Origin: a bacterium
Lineage (GTDB): Bacteria; Electryoneota; Electryoneia; Electryoneales; Electryoneaceae
Assembly: GCA_963675295.2 (NCBI GenBank)
Contig: CAXXKJ010000002.1
Coordinates: 64,001 to 128,000, forward strand
Reading direction: 5' to 3'
DNA: 64,000 bases
This document shows positions 29,112 to 39,265 of this stretch, piece by piece. The notes under the pieces are model-generated. The model was not told where the DNA came from and did no database searches. It saw only the letters and a program-made list of their open reading frames with translations. The position numbers and the translations under genes were made by a program. The first letter of the stretch is position 1; each line of letters begins with the position of its first letter.

Positions 29112-30926
29112 CTATTCACCCGACAGTTCACGCTGCTTTCGGAACGGGTTGTCGCCCGGTACCGTGTCCAGCCACGGACTGTCGTAGAAATCGCGCAAGT
29201 CGTAGTTATTCCCGTATTCCACCGGCGGACACCACCTGATCATCTCCCGAACCACTTCGAAATGGGTGTGGTCCATCGTGCGTGTCCGGAATTCGGTTTC
29301 GTTGAACAGGGTGTGGAACATGTAGTAGCAGCGGAACATGAACCCTTCCACCACGAACCAGATGAACGACAGCTCCGGATCGGACCGGGTGATCGTGCAG
29401 TGTTCGAACTTGTTGTTCCAGCACTGCAGGTATTCCGGTTCGCCGTAGGGGGCATACAGACCCGGCTCCAGCAGGAAGTCCGGCGAGTGCATCATGATCG
29501 GGTAGCGGTACGGGTCGCTGATATGGCAGGAGCGAACGGTGATCGTATCGGTCGCGCTGATGCCCATCGCGCTCGGTCGCAGCCGCACAACCGTCGTATC
29601 CACCGGCTGCGAATTGTTTTCCATCACCACACGTTCCAGCAGGATCGGACCCGGCGCGCGTTCGATGTAGAAGCCGCGGTAGTAGTTGAACTCCAGCCGG
29701 CTGTCGCGCAGGGTCAGGTCACGGCCGTCCAGGTCGAACCAGATCCCGGCACCGTAGTTCCAGTCGGCGAGGTAGCCGGTCACTTCGCTGTGACGGCAGC
29801 GGAACATCTTCATCCCGCCGGTGTCGTAGGCCATTGTGCCGGATTCGTACCCACGCAGGTTGTTGCGCCGCACGATGCTGTTCTTGTGCAACAGGCCCTT
29901 GGAGTGGGCGATCAGCATCCCGTAGAACCCGTTGTCGTGCGTGTAGCAGTTATCGATCTGCCACCAGCCCGGGCTGTTCGCTTCCTCGATGTAGTCGAAA
30001 TCGGAATCGGGATCGTTTGGGTTGATCGGCCGCATCGGCATCTTGCGCACGGAAATGCCGTCCGCGTTGCTGTGGTGGAATTCACAGTCCTTGATGAGTG
30101 CGGTTTCGGAAGAGCTGATGTCCACCATGCCGAACTTGATGTACGGGTTGGCGTACGCGAACTCGAGGTTGTGCAGTTCGACGCCGCGCGTGTCACGCGC
30201 GGCAAAGAGGTACGAACAGTTCGCGGCATAAACCGGAACCTGGTTCGGGTTCTGATCGGTGTTGATGCGAACGTATCCAGTGCCTTCCAATGGGGTGTGG
30301 AAGGTTTGCTCGCGCATGTCGACGAATTCCGGCATCGTCAACTGCGTGAACCGTTCGCCGTCCTGAATGATCAATTCCCGGCGTAACATCGTGAGACCGT
30401 CCCGCCACTGGCCGGTGTTCAAATCGGGCACATACGATTCGATCGTGCAGCCAATCCAGCCATCCCAGTCGGAACCGCAAACATAGTTGTCCGGGTTGCC
30501 GTACCAGCCGAAGTCGTAGTTCCACTCCGCGACCCAGACATTGCCGCCCAGGTTCGTCCACGGACCCAGCGGCTCTTCGTCCAGCCCGCTCAGCAACGGA
30601 CGGGTTTCGCCGTTCGGGCCAAGGCCGTCCAGTCCTTCCAGGACGAGATATGGTTTTGACCAGCCCTGCCAACGGAATAGCGAATCACCCTTGAAGTGAT
30701 ACGTACCGGGCAGAACCTTCATCGTCACCATGTCATCCCCGGTGATCTCCGGGTGCATGCGTACATACGTCGCCGCCTCGTACAGGCCGCACATGGCGTT
30801 GTCCGGATCGGAACCGCTCATGTTGCCGGAACCTTGAGGGCTTACATAAAATGTATACTCCGTGGCAAACAGACTCGCCGGCAGCAACAGCGCCAGGATC
30901 AGTATGCCAAGAATGCCTCGTACCAT
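29112..30926 (-). CDS. Secreted right-handed parallel beta-helix protein, paralog 3
   Basis: SD GGAGAGG before ATG 30926; signal peptide MVRGILGILILALLLPASLFA; YVSPQGSGNMSGSDPDN, LPGTY, NNLRG, GGMKMF, NYGAGIWFD; collinear with the other two paralogs. Confidence 0.82.
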   Translation of the reverse strand: MVRGILGILILALLLPASLFATEYTFYVSPQGSGNMSGSDPDNAMCGLYEAATYVRMHPEITGDDMVTMKVLPGTYHFKGDSLFRWQGWSKPYLVLEGLDGLGPNGETRPLLSGLDEEPLGPWTNLGGNVWVAEWNYDFGWYGNPDNYVCGSDWDGWIGCTIESYVPDLNTGQWRDGLTMLRRELIIQDGERFTQLTMPEFVDMREQTFHTPLEGTGYVRINTDQNPNQVPVYAANCSYLFAARDTRGVELHNLEFAYANPYIKFGMVDISSSETALIKDCEFHHSNADGISVRKMPMRPINPNDPDSDFDYIEEANSPGWWQIDNCYTHDNGFYGMLIAHSKGLLHKNSIVRRNNLRGYESGTMAYDTGGMKMFRCRHSEVTGYLADWNYGAGIWFDLDGRDLTLRDSRLEFNYYRGFYIERAPGPILLERVVMENNSQPVDTTVVRLRPSAMGISATDTITVRSCHISDPYRYPIMMHSPDFLLEPGLYAPYGEPEYLQCWNNKFEHCTITRSDPELSFIWFVVEGFMFRCYYMFHTLFNETEFRTRTMDHTHFEVVREMIRWCPPVEYGNNYDLRDFYDSPWLDTVPGDNPFRKQRELSGE

Positions 30927-31164
30927 GTTGACCTCTCCGTGGTCTCGCAAAATCCGAAGTACCAGAAATTGTTATTAAACTCAATTCTTACGATCTTCAG
31001 TAGAATTATCAGAAGAATTTCTCGAGAAAGCAAGACCTCCCAGAGAATTCTAATAATAATTATGAGCACGTTATAATATTACGAAAATAACGGAGTATAA
31101 CAGGGGTTACACCGGATGGAGTGTTGCCTGGAGGGGTAAAAGAGAGGCCTCTTGCAGACAGCGG

Positions 31165-31959
31165 TTACAGTTTGGCGAGCAACTTCCGCGCTTTTTCTTG
31201 CGCCGCCTCGTCATGCTCGTCCCGCAACGGGAGTTCGAGCGCGGCGTCCAGCTGCGCGCGGGCTTCGTCCGCCAGAATCCCTTGTTCGATCAGGTAGTCC
31301 GCGTATTCGACCCGTGCCTGGATCATCTTTCCGTTGGCAACGTGCAGCGCTTTCTTGAAGTAGTAGGCGATGGAATCGTCGGACGCGAAGGTGAGTCCGG
31401 CGAGCCGTCGCGCGAGGCCGGATTTGGCCATCAGCGTGCGGTGAGTGCGTCCGAGGATGTAGTACGCAACCGGCATCGAGTCCGCTTCGACAGCGGCGAG
31501 GTGAGCGTGCCGGTAGGTATCCTTGACCAGCCCGGCCGTGGAAAACGGTCCCTTGAGCAGGGCGACACGTCCGCTGGCGGTGGCGATCCGGATGTGGGCT
31601 TCGGGGTTGTTGGCGTCGGTTTCGAGGATGCGGTTGGCTTCGTCAATGGCGAGTTCATACTGCGGTTGGGCGGCGTCCTGGTCCTCCATCGCCTCGCCGA
31701 TGTCGATCCGTGAGCGTGCGAGACGCCAGAGCACATCGGCGTCCGTGGTGTCGGCGTGGGTTTCCAGCACACGGACGGCGTCCGCATTCCGCCAGCCGGT
31801 GCTGAGCAGGTCGGCGGCGGCAATGGGATTCGTGGCTCCGAGCGAATCGATGATCTGCTCCGCCTGGACATCGCTGAGCCGTGGGCTTGCCTCAACGGTC
31901 AGCACCGCGGCCAGCAGGATCACCAGCAGGGCCGCCAAACTCGCACGCGCCGTTTTCAT
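31165..31959 (-). CDS. Secreted TPR-like helical-repeat protein
   Basis: Signal peptide; DVLWRLARS, NPEAHIRIA, AYYILGR and YADYL helical-repeat pattern. Confidence 0.65.
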   Translation of the reverse strand: MKTARASLAALLVILLAAVLTVEASPRLSDVQAEQIIDSLGATNPIAAADLLSTGWRNADAVRVLETHADTTDADVLWRLARSRIDIGEAMEDQDAAQPQYELAIDEANRILETDANNPEAHIRIATASGRVALLKGPFSTAGLVKDTYRHAHLAAVEADSMPVAYYILGRTHRTLMAKSGLARRLAGLTFASDDSIAYYFKKALHVANGKMIQARVEYADYLIEQGILADEARAQLDAALELPLRDEHDEAAQEKARKLLAKL

Positions 31960-31962
31960 CGG

Positions 31963-33699
31963 TCACACCTTTCCGCCGTTGACGTTCGCCATTTCGCCAT
32001 CGTACAGGAAGCGCTTGATCTTTTTCGTCGAGGTCTTCTGGAACTCTTCGTCCACCAGCCGGAATGTACGGATACGCTTGTAGTCGGCCAGTTCCTTCTG
32101 ATACTTCTGGATTTCTGACTTGATCAATGAGTGCACGTCGTCCGGTTCCGCTTTCACCTTCTTGTTTTCGAAGTGAAGGTCGACCTGCTCGTAATCGGGG
32201 AAGATCAGGGCGGCGACTTCCTCGCCTAGTCCCTTTTCACGGGGAACGCCGAGTACCAGCGATTCGGCGATGAAGTCGCTGTGGTTGATATAGTGTTCGA
32301 TCTCTTCCGGATAAACGTTTTTCCCGCCGCCGGTGACAATCATGTTCTTTGCCCGGCCGGTGATCTGCAGGTAGCCGTCCGAGTCGATCAGTCCGAGGTC
32401 GCCGGTGCGGAACCAGCCGTCATCGGTGAAGGTTTCCGCCGTCGCCTTGTCGTTCTTGTAGTAGCCCTTGAACACGTTCGGGCCCTTGATGCAGACTTCG
32501 CCGACGCCTTGATCGTTGACATCCAGAATCTTGCACTCAACGCCTGGGATGACCGGGCCGACGGTATGGTGCTTGATTTTCCACGGTCGGTTGACATGCG
32601 TGACCGGTGAGGTTTCCGTCAGGCCGTAGCCCTGGAACAGGTTGAGGCCGAGCGTATTGAAGAAGATCGCCACTTGCGGATCGAGCGGACCGCCGCCGCT
32701 GCAAAAGATGCGGATCTTGTCCATCCCGGCCTTGCTGCGGAGCCCCTTAAACAACGGCTTCGACAGGTTCAGGCCAACGGCGCTGCCCGCCTTGGCGACG
32801 CCCATCAACGTTTTAACCAGCTTGTCCTTGCCCGCCTGCTTCAGCTTGCGCTGCATGCCCATCATCATTTTTTCAAACAGCAGCGGAACACCGACCATGA
32901 AGGTGACGCCGGTGTTTTTAATATCCTCGACAATTTCCGCGCTCTTCAGGCTGCGCGCGTAGGTGATGCTGGAACCGCTGTAAATGGGAAGCAGGAATCC
33001 GGCAGTCGCTTCGAAACTGTGGTGCACCGGCAGCACGCTGAGGAACGTGTCCTCTGGGCCGATGCCGAACAGTGAGTAGACAGCGGCAACGTTGGTAATG
33101 ATGTTCCGTTGCGTCAGCATCACGCCCTTGCTGTGGCCGGTGGTACCGGACGTGTACAGAATCGCCGCGAGATCGTCCAGGTCGCGGTCGGGAAGTTCGT
33201 CGTCTCGTTCCTCACCCGCTTCAACGACTTCCGCCAGTGACATGGTCGCCGGTTTGCTGACGAGATTGAAGGCGATGGTTTGTTTGAGGGTTTTAATCGG
33301 CTCCATTTCATCCAGCATCTCGAGAAACTTGTCGCCAGCGAAGATGATTTGGGAGCCGGAATCGGAGATGATGTGACGAATGCCAGACGGCGGCATCAGA
33401 CTGTCAACAGGTACCGCGACGGCACCGGAAGTCTGAATTCCGAGATAGCTGATCGCCCAGTCCGGACTGTTCTGACCGAGCACGGCAACACGATCACCAG
33501 CATTGATGCCTTGGCCAATCAACCAGCGGGCAACAGCGGTCACACGGCGGTGCAGTTCGTTGTAGTCGATTTCAGAGTAGCCTTTCCCGTCCCAGATCCG
33601 CATCACGGGAAAGTTGCCGAAATCCCTGGCACTGCGTTTGGTCAGATCACTGAGCGGAAAGATACCCCGGTCCGGGCGCACGTACTTTTCGTCGGCCAT
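31963..33699 (-). CDS. fadD: Long-chain-fatty-acid--CoA ligase (AMP-binding)
   Basis: YTSGTTGHSKGV, QGYGLTETSP, GWFRTGDLG, ITGRAKNMIVTGGGKNVYPEEIE. Confidence 0.88.
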   Translation of the reverse strand: MADEKYVRPDRGIFPLSDLTKRSARDFGNFPVMRIWDGKGYSEIDYNELHRRVTAVARWLIGQGINAGDRVAVLGQNSPDWAISYLGIQTSGAVAVPVDSLMPPSGIRHIISDSGSQIIFAGDKFLEMLDEMEPIKTLKQTIAFNLVSKPATMSLAEVVEAGEERDDELPDRDLDDLAAILYTSGTTGHSKGVMLTQRNIITNVAAVYSLFGIGPEDTFLSVLPVHHSFEATAGFLLPIYSGSSITYARSLKSAEIVEDIKNTGVTFMVGVPLLFEKMMMGMQRKLKQAGKDKLVKTLMGVAKAGSAVGLNLSKPLFKGLRSKAGMDKIRIFCSGGGPLDPQVAIFFNTLGLNLFQGYGLTETSPVTHVNRPWKIKHHTVGPVIPGVECKILDVNDQGVGEVCIKGPNVFKGYYKNDKATAETFTDDGWFRTGDLGLIDSDGYLQITGRAKNMIVTGGGKNVYPEEIEHYINHSDFIAESLVLGVPREKGLGEEVAALIFPDYEQVDLHFENKKVKAEPDDVHSLIKSEIQKYQKELADYKRIRTFRLVDEEFQKTSTKKIKRFLYDGEMANVNGGKV

Positions 33700-34014
33700 G
33701 TCGCATTCCGTGTCCGGACCTTGGCTCGGACACGCTCCCTTTGCTGGTCGTCGCTCTTTCGAAACAGGCTGGAATCACGGAAGTTGGCGTCCTGTGTTCG
33801 CTTCCGCAACTCATGAAATGAACATCGAATTTTAGTGCGGAGACAACAATTTTTCGGTCTCTCGGTGTATTTTGGCTGATAATCGTGAGATCGGCATCGT
33901 TTGATGATTGGCCGGTGCCTCGATTCGTGCACCGATCAGCTGGACAGTTTTACTACACTCCCGCACCTCGTCCACAAACTGCGGACGTGGCTGGTTCCTG
34001 AGGAGACGGGTTCC

Positions 34015-35211
34015 GTGTCGTCGAATCAACGTTTATACACAGCAACGTACTTCCTCAGCCTCGCGTACAATTTCCTCATGGCGATGAGCTTCACCAACAA
34101 CGCCGTGTTGCCATTGTACGTGAAGGAGTTGGGCGGGACCGCGTCCACGGTTGGCCTGTTCATGGGCACGGCGGCGGTCTCGGCGGTGGTCATTCGCCCG
34201 TTGATCGGCACTGCGCTTGACCGCTTCGGCGCCAAGCCGGTGATGATGTTCGGCGGGTTGCTGATCGCTTTGCCTCCGCTCGGCTACTGGGCAACGCTCA
34301 GTGGCGGCGAAATGACCTGGCTGGTGTACCTGATCCGAATCGTCAACGGATTCGGCTTCGGCGCACACTTCTCCGCCTTCTTTACTCTCGCGGCATCCAC
34401 CTCACCGCCGAATCGGCGCAACGAAGCCATCGCGATGTATGGCATCTCCGGCCTCGCCGCGCACCTCATCGGTCCCTATCTCGGTGAGTTGATTTTTGAC
34501 ACCCAGGGCTTACCGGGTTTTTTCCTCTTTATTACGCTCTTCGGAGTGCTCGGAATCATCACCCTGCTTTTCATCCATCCACGCGTTGACGAACAAGCGT
34601 TCGCCGGCAAGTCGGCGTCGATGATGTCGTCGTTCAAGTTGCTCGGCTCGGTCGACATGCGGTTGCCGTTTGTGTTATCGGTGTTGCTGAGTGTCTGCTT
34701 TTCGTCGGCTCAGTATTTTATCGCACCACTCGCCCGTGATCGCGGCATCGAGAATTTCGGCCTCTACTTCACGATGTACGCCGTGGCGGGTATCAGCATT
34801 CGGTTGCTGAGCCGGAAGTGGGGGGATCGATTCGGAGTCCGCCGTGTGATGATTCCGGCGTTTGCCTTCTATGGGATGGGGATGGGCACCATTTTCCTCA
34901 GCCAGTCGACGCACATGCTGATGCTGGCCGGCATCTTCAGCGGCCTCGCGCATGGCGTCGTTTTCCCGGCGGTAAACAGTCTCGGCTACAATGTCGCCCC
35001 GCGTGGCCAGGCCGGCAGCGCCGTCGCGTTACTGACCGGAATGGGCGACCTCGGCAGCATCCTGACGGCGTTCCTGTTCGGCGCGATTGCGGAGCAGACG
35101 ACCTATGGATCGGCGTTCGTGCTCGCGTCACTGGGCGGATTTCTGGCGTCCGGGCTCGCCGTCGCGTCCATCGTTCGCCGCCCGGAAGTAATCCAGATTC
35201 GGCGAAACTGA
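34015..35211 (+). CDS. MFS transporter
   Basis: About 12 TM helices; motif A GTALDRFGAK and its repeat WGDRFGVRR; GTG start after SD GAGGAG. Confidence 0.88.
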   Translation: MSSNQRLYTATYFLSLAYNFLMAMSFTNNAVLPLYVKELGGTASTVGLFMGTAAVSAVVIRPLIGTALDRFGAKPVMMFGGLLIALPPLGYWATLSGGEMTWLVYLIRIVNGFGFGAHFSAFFTLAASTSPPNRRNEAIAMYGISGLAAHLIGPYLGELIFDTQGLPGFFLFITLFGVLGIITLLFIHPRVDEQAFAGKSASMMSSFKLLGSVDMRLPFVLSVLLSVCFSSAQYFIAPLARDRGIENFGLYFTMYAVAGISIRLLSRKWGDRFGVRRVMIPAFAFYGMGMGTIFLSQSTHMLMLAGIFSGLAHGVVFPAVNSLGYNVAPRGQAGSAVALLTGMGDLGSILTAFLFGAIAEQTTYGSAFVLASLGGFLASGLAVASIVRRPEVIQIRRN

Positions 35212-35318
35212 CAGCGAAACCCGATAAAAGGGAGTGCTCCTGGTTCCACTTTTGGGAATTCGTGAGATTATTCTGGCTTTTTGCCTCCGAATGAGGTTAT
35301 AATTATGAGTCCGACATC

Positions 35319-36071
35319 GTGGGAGAGAATGTGAGCAAAAAAGAACAAACGGGTATTGAGCAGGAACCGCAGGCGGAAGCGGAAGGCAAGATCCTCATTA
35401 TTGAGGAGACGAAGCTGCTGCGGGAGATGTTGCGTGGGCTGCTGGAAGCTGCGGGCTACGAGACGGTGACGCTGGACGACGCGCAGGTCGCCATTGATAC
35501 GGTTGCCGAAATCAAGCCGGATCTGATCTTCATCAACACACGCATTCCGAAGGTGGATGGCATCATGGCCGCGAAGGTGATGCGGACGATCCTCGCCGAT
35601 GCGGCGTTGCAGATCATCTTCATCGTGCGCCAGAGCGACCTCATCGACTTCCGCGGGCTGTTTGACGAAGGCGTGGACGACTATTTCCTGCTGCCGTTCA
35701 ACCACGAGGAGCTGGTCGCGCGGGTCAAGCGCAAGTTCGCGATCCGGAATGGTCTGCAGAAGGAGAAGGACCAGGTCCGTCTCGACACGATGTCGCAGCT
35801 GATGATCACCATCGCGCATCACATCAACAACGCGATCACCTCGCTGGCGGCGCGTGCGCACATCACCGACAAGAACAACCCGGACGATGTGCAGGTGCTG
35901 GTCGAGCTGACGCAGAAGCAGACGAAAAAGATCGGTGGCGTGGTCGAAAGCCTGGTCGAGATGGCGCGGAACCGGGATCTGGAATCGACGCAGTACATCG
36001 ACGGTGGCTCGAAGATGTTTGACATCGCGAAGCGTCTGGAAGACAAGATCGGCGAGCCCATCAAGCCGTAA
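35319..36071 (+). CDS. Atypical response-regulator receiver fused to a HisKA-like dimerisation helix
   Basis: Receiver fold (KILIIEE, PDLIFINTRIPKVDG, GVDDYFLLPF) with degenerate catalytic residues; C-terminal IAHHINNAI H-box; no ATPase domain. Confidence 0.75.
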   Translation: MGENVSKKEQTGIEQEPQAEAEGKILIIEETKLLREMLRGLLEAAGYETVTLDDAQVAIDTVAEIKPDLIFINTRIPKVDGIMAAKVMRTILADAALQIIFIVRQSDLIDFRGLFDEGVDDYFLLPFNHEELVARVKRKFAIRNGLQKEKDQVRLDTMSQLMITIAHHINNAITSLAARAHITDKNNPDDVQVLVELTQKQTKKIGGVVESLVEMARNRDLESTQYIDGGSKMFDIAKRLEDKIGEPIKP

Positions 36072-36112
36072 CAGTCGATGGGGAAACCAACCGCAAGACC
36101 CTCAGAAACGTC

Positions 36113-36140
36113 AAACGCCGGGCTGCATGCCCGGCGTTTC
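36113..36140. terminator. Bidirectional terminator-like hairpin between convergent genes
   Basis: AAACGCCGGGC-TGCAT-GCCCGGCGTTT. Confidence 0.65.
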
Positions 36141-36165
36141 CTTTTCCCCTCCCAACGGGAGTCGT

Positions 36166-37347
36166 TTACATATCCAATTCGATGGACATGTAACGTTCTG
36201 TCGTAAACTCCACCAGCTTCGGTGTGATCTGGGCGCCCATGGAGTTGTGAGTCAGAATCAATGTCGGTTTGGTCTGATCGTCCGTGTTTTCTTTCGCAAC
36301 CACACCCTTATACCCGACGAAGCTCTTGGACGCGTTGTCCTTGACCCGCACCGTCGTACCCACCGGATAGCACTGCACCACCTTGACCAAGGCGCTGACC
36401 ACGAACGGATTCCAGGTTCCGGCCTGCCCGTTTACAATCATCGTGATCGCCTGGTCGGGGGCGTATACGGTACCGTCGAAGCTGCCGGTAATCAGGTTGT
36501 CGTAGGCGTTGGCAACCGCGAGGATCTCGGCGTGCCGGTGGATGAAACCGGTGTCCTTGCCACGGTCTTTTGTCGGTGGCCTGCCGAAGCCCTTGAGACC
36601 CTGCGGATAGCCACGGCCATTTTCCATCTCGTGATGCTGCATCACGACGGCCTGTTCGACGAACGCTTCCGGATCACTGGATTCCAGGATAATCTTGGAG
36701 TAGATCGGGTGTTCGCGGATGATCATCTTTTCATCCGCGGTCAGGTCGGTAATCGGTTTCTGCCGCAATTCCCGGAACGCCATCTTGCCGATATCGTGCA
36801 CGATGGCCGCAGCGCCGAGCTGCTTCATCTCGTTATAATCGTACCGGAACTGGCGGCTGATCAGCACCGCGAGCACGGTTGTGTCGACAGCGTGCTCATA
36901 GTCCGCGCCGTCGGTTGACTTCATTTGCAGACCACTGAACATCATGGTCTGTCGTTCAACGATATCCTCCAGCACCTGGCCGACAACTTTCCGCACCGCA
37001 GGCATGTTGACAATCTTCTTCAGCTTGCGGTTTTCTTCCAGGCGTTTCTTGATGTTCTCCGAGCCGAACGTTTCAAAGGCGAGATTGTTTTCAACGTTGG
37101 CGAAAGTTTCCGCCATCTTCTGGTTGGCAATCTGGCGGACGGTGGAGGTGATGACTTCTTCGGGAGCGATGTCCTTGGTGAGCTCATTCATGACATAGAC
37201 GAAACGGATTCCCTTGCTCTTCATGAGCAGAATCATTTCGTCTGTCAGCTCAAATCCTGACGATAGCAGGAGTTCAGACTTTTTGTTGAACAGGGATTTG
37301 CCGAGTACATCTCCCGGCTTGACCTTGTCAATGCTGACAATTTGCAT
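36166..37347 (-). CDS. HD-GYP domain cyclic-di-GMP phosphodiesterase
   Basis: HDIGK, EHP, QHHEMENGRGYPQGLKG, ILAVANAYD. Confidence 0.88.
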   Translation of the reverse strand: MQIVSIDKVKPGDVLGKSLFNKKSELLLSSGFELTDEMILLMKSKGIRFVYVMNELTKDIAPEEVITSTVRQIANQKMAETFANVENNLAFETFGSENIKKRLEENRKLKKIVNMPAVRKVVGQVLEDIVERQTMMFSGLQMKSTDGADYEHAVDTTVLAVLISRQFRYDYNEMKQLGAAAIVHDIGKMAFRELRQKPITDLTADEKMIIREHPIYSKIILESSDPEAFVEQAVVMQHHEMENGRGYPQGLKGFGRPPTKDRGKDTGFIHRHAEILAVANAYDNLITGSFDGTVYAPDQAITMIVNGQAGTWNPFVVSALVKVVQCYPVGTTVRVKDNASKSFVGYKGVVAKENTDDQTKPTLILTHNSMGAQITPKLVEFTTERYMSIELDM

Positions 37348-37456
37348 GCGTCGCCGTGTGCTCTGGGTTGATTTTCAGGAAACGATCAAAGATGGGGGAT
37401 TATCCGAACGTACGCAAATCAGGAGCACGTGCGAGCCAGACAGGCTCCCCCGCAGC

Positions 37457-39265
37457 TTACGTCGTCTGATTGTGCGAAGCAACCCGCATGCTGATCAACG
37501 GCTCGCCGTCCTTGTGTGCCGGTGGATCGTCACAGGTTACCGGCAACACATCGCCGCTGGACCGCTGGATGAACAGCGGGTGACGTTTCGTTTCCGCACC
37601 CAGCAATTCATCATAGTCCTGCGCCGACTCGTACGTTTCAGTCTCGAACCGTGAGCCAGTTGCGTACCCCTCCGCGATCATGTCAAAGGTACAGCCTTCG
37701 TAAAACACCCATCTGCCGTGGAACCCTTCCCGCTGTTGCGGTTGTTGCCTCACCGAGTTTTCGCTCGGCACCGGCACCAGCTGGAAGACACGGCGGTCGC
37801 TGAAAATCTGCGAGAAGCGGACGCAGGCCAGCGTGTTGATTTCATCGTTCGCGGTCAATGCGATCAGTTGCCCAATACCGTTCAGGTCGAGTGTTTCAGC
37901 CAACGGATCGGTGAGCACATCGCCCTCGACCGCGTCCAGATCGACCCGCTTCGCCCGCTGCACATTCTGCGGGTTGCGGTCAACCAGCAACACACGTACG
38001 CCCAATTCCTGCAGTTGTTTCGCCAGCGCACGCGCCCAGCCATGTGCGCCGATGATCAGGATACCCTGCGGGTCGGCTTCGGAAATGCGTAGCAATTTCG
38101 CCACCGGGATCGCAGTCAGTCCGTACACCACGACCGTGCTGACGATCACGAGGAAGATAACCGGCACCAGCCGGTCCGCGCCCTCGAAGCCTGCGTCAAT
38201 CAGTGAAAAGGCGAACACGGACGACACCGCCGCGGCGACAATCCCGCGTGGCGCCATCCACGAAAGAAACAGTTTTTCGCGCCAGTTGAGACGGGAACCA
38301 AGCGTGCTGATCCACACCGCCAGCGGACGGATAATGAAAATCAGCACAGCGACAAACACACCGTCCATCCAGTTCAGCGCGAAAATCTCGCTGCGTTGCA
38401 TGCGTGCGGAGAGCAGGATGAACAACGTGCTGATCAGCAGCAGCCGCAAATTTTCCTTGAATTCGACGATTCGCCGCACTGGAACGCGTTTCTGGTTCGC
38501 CAGCAGCACGCCCATCAGGGTAACAGCAAGCAGCCCGGATTCCGGTTGGAAGTGATCAGCGGTCATCAACGCAGCCACCACCAGGCCGAGGCTCAGCGAA
38601 TTTTCGAGGAAATCGGGGACCAGTTCATAACGAACCAACAGGTACATGATTGCCGCCCCGGCGAACCCGGCAGCAGACCCGAACACGATCGTCCGGATCA
38701 ACCCCATGGTCGGCGCTGCGAGGCCCGCACCTGAACCGCCGGCCATCATCTGCTCGAACACGAGCACGGCAAGCATTGCCCCGATCGGATCGATCAGGAT
38801 GCCTTCCCACTTGACTACTGAACCGACTTCACCCTTTGGCCGGACCGACCGCAGCAACGGTCCGACGACGGTGGGTCCAGTCACGGTCAGGATCGCACCG
38901 ATCAGCAGCGACATGGAGAGGGACGTGTCCAGCAGGAACCGGGCGGCTGCCGCGGCTCCGATCCAGGTGACCAGCGCGCCGACGGTGATCAGGTTGCGTA
39001 CCACGGTCCCGAGCTTCGGCAACTCCTTGAACCGGAGTGACAGCCCTCCTTCATAGAGGATCACCGCGACGGAGATGCTGACGATCGGAAACAGCAGGTC
39101 GCCCAGCAGCGCGTCCGGATTCAGCACACCGAGCACCGGCCCGATCAACAGGCCGGCCGCGAGGAGCAGCAGAATTGACGGGATTTTCAGGCGCCACGCC
39201 ACCCATTGCGCGGCGACGCCCAGCGTCAGAATCAGGATGATCTGGTTGAAATCGTGATGGTTCAC
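37457..39265 (-). CDS. CPA1 cation:proton antiporter (NhaP-like) with C-terminal TrkA-N/RCK domain
   Basis: ILYEGGL, TGPTVVGP, KWEGILIDPIG, APRGIVAAAVSS; Rossmann-like GILIIGA. Confidence 0.9.
   Translation of the reverse strand: MNHHDFNQIILILTLGVAAQWVAWRLKIPSILLLLAAGLLIGPVLGVLNPDALLGDLLFPIVSISVAVILYEGGLSLRFKELPKLGTVVRNLITVGALVTWIGAAAAARFLLDTSLSMSLLIGAILTVTGPTVVGPLLRSVRPKGEVGSVVKWEGILIDPIGAMLAVLVFEQMMAGGSGAGLAAPTMGLIRTIVFGSAAGFAGAAIMYLLVRYELVPDFLENSLSLGLVVAALMTADHFQPESGLLAVTLMGVLLANQKRVPVRRIVEFKENLRLLLISTLFILLSARMQRSEIFALNWMDGVFVAVLIFIIRPLAVWISTLGSRLNWREKLFLSWMAPRGIVAAAVSSVFAFSLIDAGFEGADRLVPVIFLVIVSTVVVYGLTAIPVAKLLRISEADPQGILIIGAHGWARALAKQLQELGVRVLLVDRNPQNVQRAKRVDLDAVEGDVLTDPLAETLDLNGIGQLIALTANDEINTLACVRFSQIFSDRRVFQLVPVPSENSVRQQPQQREGFHGRWVFYEGCTFDMIAEGYATGSRFETETYESAQDYDELLGAETKRHPLFIQRSSGDVLPVTCDDPPAHKDGEPLISMRVASHNQTT

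Noticed and set aside
24230-30926. Diversity-generating retroelement or shufflon acting on the three paralogs
   Set aside because: No reverse transcriptase or recombinase in the window and no template/variable repeat pair with adenine-specific differences was seen.
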